Shown: in pieces, positions 59,914 to 64,000 of the stretch | Numbering within the stretch: the stretch's first letter is position 1 | Layout: every line of letters begins with the position of its first letter | Assembly: GCA_010093605.1 (NCBI GenBank) | Contig: MU004197.1 | Coordinates: 868,001-932,000 of the forward strand | Source: Lophium mytilinum | Taxonomy: Eukaryota | Direction of reading: 5' to 3' | DNA: 64,000 bases | The notes under the pieces: generated by a model | Databases searched by the model: none | Seen by the model: the letters and a program-made list of their open reading frames with translations, nothing else | What the model was told of the DNA's origin: nothing | Position numbers and translations under genes: made by a program

Positions 59914-61530
59914 CTAAAATGCAATGCCGCTCTTCCACCATGTCGAACCGCGATGAAAATAGGCCCATTGGCCTTCCCACGGCCATCCACCCCATAGCAG
60001 CCACCGGTCGTCTCCCGGTGGCCCTAAACCTATTGCCCTCAAAGGGCTGAACGGGACAGGGTCTGTGAGCCAAATCCCACCTCTCGCCATGTCGTCAGCC
60101 ATAAGCGGAGCAGTGTAATACCCCCATATATGGAGATAAGCGACGGTGAAGCCCAAACGTATCGGTTTGGGTACGTAGTGGTGCAACCCAGCTCGCCGCG
60201 CGAGCTTTGTAAGGACATCTTCGACCAGACAACCGAGTCCCTGCGTCATGAAGAACAAAAACGGGCGAAGGGGAGTAGTAGGGCCAGCTTGAGTAGCGCT
60301 TCCGCACGCATGCATGAGTCCTGATAACGCGAATGCAGTGAAGACCTGGATGAGTTTTGCGGGGACTGAGCGGGGATTCATGCCGATTGCGGCGATGAAG
60401 GATTTCGAGGGAGCCTCGAGCCCGAAGCGGAAGGTTTGATGCCACCAGTCTGCCCAGGTGCCCGCGAGGCCGCGCTCGACCACGTGGATGGCGCTGCCGA
60501 AGGTAGGAGGGTACATCCACGGTTCTGCCCAGGCGCCGACGAAGGCGCTGGCGACTCCGGCGAAGAAGAGGGGGCTGAATGTGTAGACGGCTTCCAAGGC
60601 ATAGCGGACGCCGAAGAGGGTTACGTAGAGCCGGTATGCTCGAAGCAGGACTGGAGAGCTTGATATGAATGAGGGAAGATAGGTTGGGGGTGGGAGGTCG
60701 GGATATCCCCAAAAGTAGGGGTCGCGAGCCATGATGCCCTTTGCTAGGTCAAGACACAGATAGCTAATCGCAAGTGTTCTAAGGTTTGCAAGTAGGAGCT
60801 CTCGTCTCGTTGGATACGACTCGGTGACTCCGGCATGAGCGTGCTCTGTAGCAGCTTTCGGTCCGGAGTTCTCTCGTAGTTGCTCTCGAACCCACTTTGG
60901 TGGACGCGATATCGTTCGCGTTCGCCAGCTCCAGTTGGCTCCTCGGGTATTCCCAGTCAGGTCTATGACCCATTGCAGCCGGTCTTTGATGGATTCTAGT
61001 GGGTAAGGCTGCCAGGCGAAGCTTTTCTGACGTCGACTAGAAAGAGCTTGACCTTCATTCTTCTTCTCAATCTCTTTCGAACGCTCTTTGGCCGGATGGG
61101 TACCACCGTATTGAACGTTGTTCTCCTGGTGCGAAGTCCCGTTTTCTTGAGGACGTTGATTTTTGTATACCATTCGTTGGAAGTCTGACTGCGCATCGTT
61201 GAAAATGATGTTCGCCGTGCAGGCTATTACCAACCAAGCTGAAACGACTCCGTTCGCGTAGCACGGTGCCATGTTACGCGTAGTACAAAAAGTGATCTGA
61301 TATGCAGTGAAAGCAATGATGAAGGCAAACACCAAGTAACGTGCTTTTCGAATGAAATAGGAGTTGTTATGGGGTATGAGGAGATAAAGAACAACCGCTG
61401 CAGCTGGAGCACCACACCATGGGAACACAATGGGCTCGTACTTCCCAGATGCAATGTTCGCATCATATTGGGCATAGTAGTAGTGGAGGAGTTCACGGGA
61501 CGTGACCGGAAAAGAGGGAGGTCCCGTCAT
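59914..61530 (-). CDS. Membrane-bound O-acyltransferase (MBOAT_2, wax synthase/TRI7-like)
   Basis: Multi-TM 538 aa; RGANWSW, YPPTFGS...GLAGTWADWWHQTFRF and AFALSGLMHA (putative catalytic His). Confidence 0.88.
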   Translation of the reverse strand: MTGPPSFPVTSRELLHYYYAQYDANIASGKYEPIVFPWCGAPAAAVVLYLLIPHNNSYFIRKARYLVFAFIIAFTAYQITFCTTRNMAPCYANGVVSAWLVIACTANIIFNDAQSDFQRMVYKNQRPQENGTSHQENNVQYGGTHPAKERSKEIEKKNEGQALSSRRQKSFAWQPYPLESIKDRLQWVIDLTGNTRGANWSWRTRTISRPPKWVREQLRENSGPKAATEHAHAGVTESYPTRRELLLANLRTLAISYLCLDLAKGIMARDPYFWGYPDLPPPTYLPSFISSSPVLLRAYRLYVTLFGVRYALEAVYTFSPLFFAGVASAFVGAWAEPWMYPPTFGSAIHVVERGLAGTWADWWHQTFRFGLEAPSKSFIAAIGMNPRSVPAKLIQVFTAFALSGLMHACGSATQAGPTTPLRPFLFFMTQGLGCLVEDVLTKLARRAGLHHYVPKPIRLGFTVAYLHIWGYYTAPLMADDMARGGIWLTDPVPFSPLRAIGLGPPGDDRWLLWGGWPWEGQWAYFHRGSTWWKSGIAF

Positions 61531-61894
61531 CCTCCTGCCGGTGGCGGTGAAGGATGGGCTTGACGTCTAAGATTGAGGGACCTGGAGACCAAAGAGATAA
61601 TGGAAGATGAAAGTCAGCTGGCATCTTACAGTCAGCAGCTAAAATAGACTTCCTTTAACCTACATGGTGGCGTTGGCCTGAAATCCGTGCGAGGCGTGGT
61701 GTAAGTGACGTACATATGTAATTTATTTAGTTTTTAATTACGCGAACGCTAAGCTAGATACGAAGTGGAACTTCAACACCAACGCTTTTCCATCACGACT
61801 TTTGCTACCACTAAACGTCGAAACCTCGTCGCCCACCCCTTCGTGTTATTATTTCACTTTAATTGGGAGATCGCGCCTGCGGGATTCAGCCAGG

Positions 61895-63409
61895 ATGGTC
61901 AATATCACAGAAAAGATTAAGGAGTAGGGCTCGGGGTCATTTTTAGTGTGAAGGATGAACTGACTCGATGCAGGATCGAAGAGGAGATGAGGAGGACTCA
62001 GAGTATGAACACTCTTATTATGTACCTGTCCAAATGCTGACTATTTACAGAGAACAAAGCCACCGGTACGGATAGCTTTTGGAAATACGACATATTGCTG
62101 TAGTGTGCTGATTTTCCCCGCAGAATACCATCTCGGTCTTCTCAAAGGGTTCGTCCAACGTGATCATAAATCCCATCTTAAAGAGCTTCATGCCAACTGC
62201 CATACAGTAAACTTGCTCGACTACGAGCGCAGCTTCTCGAGCCTGCCCCTGGTGCGGGCGCCAGTGCTGGAACAGGCTTCGACGTGAGCAAAAGCGGCGA
62301 CGCACGCATTGCCCTCGTAGGCTTTCCATCCGTCGGCAAGTCGACTTTCTTGTCCAAGATCACGAAGACCAAGAGCGAAGTAGCTGCGTATTCTTTCACC
62401 ACTCTGACCGCCATCCCCGGTGTGCTCGAGTATGGAGGGGCCGAGATTCAAGTTCTCGATCTTCCAGGTATCATTGAGGGCGCGGCCGAAGGCAAGGGAC
62501 GAGGTCGGCAGGTCATTTCTGCGGCGAAGACGAGTGATCTCATTCTCATGATTCTGGATGCTACGAAGAGGGCCGAGCAGCGCAAGCTGTTGGAAGCGGA
62601 ACTGCACGCTGTGGGCATCAGGCTGAACTGCGATCCCCCGTATGCAGGGTCAATTGATATGAATTATTTAAGTATACTAACAATGCATAGAAACATTTAT
62701 CTAAAAGCAAAGAAAGCTGGGGGGATGAAGATTACCTTCTCGGCGCCACCTAAGTATCTCGACGAAAAGATGCTCTACAATATCCTCCGCGACTACAAGA
62801 TCCTAAACTGCGAGGTCCTGGTCCGAGATGAGTACGCAACCGTTGACGACTTCATCGATGTCATCATGAAAGATCACAGGACCTATATCAAATGGTAGAC
62901 TACGTTTCTCTCTCCCTACGTCCTCTTCCCCTCATCCGCAAATTCCTGCCAAGCTAACGGCGAACCATAGTCTCTACGTCTACAACAAAATCGACAGCGT
63001 CTCCCTCGACTTCCTCGACAAACTAGCACGCGAAGACCACACAGTCGTCATGAGCTGCGAGCTAGACCTCGGCATCCAAGACGTCGTCGAGCGCTGCTGG
63101 GCGGAACTCCGGCTCATCAGGGTCTACACAAAACGGTTTGTTCCCGTGAACTCTGACTCCCGTTACGTAGAATGCCTCTAACATCCCCATAGGAAAGGAA
63201 TCGACCCCGACTTCTCAGAAGCCCTCATTGTCCGCTATAACGCCACCATCGAGGACGTATGCGACCAGATTCACCGCACCATCAAAGACACCTTCAAGCA
63301 CGCACTCGTATGGGGCGCTAGCGCTCGCCACGTTCCGCAGCGCGTTGGGCTGGGCCATGTGGTTGCGGACGAGGATGTGGTGAGTATTGTGACGCGGTAC
63401 ATGGCATGA
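61895..63409 (+). CDS. RBG2: Developmentally regulated, ribosome-interacting GTPase 2; 8 exons including four 15-29 nt exons
   Basis: [73 protein letters not shown] and C-terminal TGS domain ([15 protein letters not shown]). Confidence 0.93.
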
Positions 63410-63616
63410 GCAGTCAGTATGTACATCGAACACAAGATACCAAAACTACCTCCAAATAAACAGCTGAGCCATTGATCAATGCGTCCTTTCTCTATATACA
63501 AGAGGACTATATGCTGTCTTACACTCCCCTGACGCCAGACTTCCCTCATAACGATCCATTCATCCTATCATCGCGCTTGTAGTAAGAACCCTCGTTACTA
63601 AACTCTCGACTCCCGA

Positions 63617-63960
63617 TCAATAATCCCTCCTCCCCTCCTCCGCTAGCTCCCCAAGCTCCCTTGCCGTCTCCGCACACTTCCCCAGCACCCTATCCGCCTG
63701 CACCAATCTGACCCTCAGCCTGCGCGCAAAATCCGGATACCGCCCCGCCTCCGTCTCCTCCCCTTCCTCCACTGCCACGAGCTGCAGGTCGCGGACAAAG
63801 TTATCCAGCTCGCGCGTGATGGCGCTGATCATGCCGTCGAAGGTCGCGCGCACGAAGCTGCGGTGGTTGCGCTCGACCATGGTAGACAGCTTGGGGAACA
63901 GGCGGCATTGCTGGATGTGCTTGCTCATTATTTCTTTGCGGCGGGCGTCGCTGCCAGGGC
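63617..63960 (-). CDS. Last exon of a gene entering from beyond the window; resembles the C-terminus of fungal SLIP-GC/dynamin-like GTPases
   Basis: Branch ACTAAC and TAG acceptor at 63961, then GPGSDARRKEIMSKHIQQCRLFPKL... helical tail; family call from a recalled motif only. Confidence 0.55.
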
Positions 63961-64000
63961 CTACATCGTAGAGTTAGTAAGGCTGTGTAAGGTGGGATCG

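Overview
Gene-dense eukaryotic DNA from a filamentous ascomycete (Pezizomycotina; Dothideomycete-like by impression only). Introns are short GT-AG with CTRAY branch points, so the ORF track splits most genes; exon structures below were rebuilt by hand. About 28 protein-coding genes are supportable. Conserved genes: UreF, ATG101, VPS18/PEP3, a NIPA Mg2+ transporter, a beta-carbonic anhydrase, an amidase, an Mss116/CYT-19-like DEAD-box helicase, SUR1/CSG1, SARAF, PBN1/PIG-X and RBG2/DRG2. Accessory genes: a CFEM-like GPI protein, MUG113/T5orf172, a metallophosphoesterase, DUF1996, an atypical SDR, two BTB proteins, an F-box-like protein, a PDC-family decarboxylase, a Zn2Cys6 factor, an MBOAT and several unknown proteins. 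No tRNA, rRNA, CRISPR array or intact transposon was found. The best novelty candidate is a four-exon gene at 35852-37815 that, once spliced, fuses an N-terminal dsRNA-binding-domain-like module to an apparently active Ser/Thr kinase (a PKR-like architecture in a fungus); it lies directly downstream of the DEAD-box helicase. All family calls rest on recalled motifs; no database search was run.
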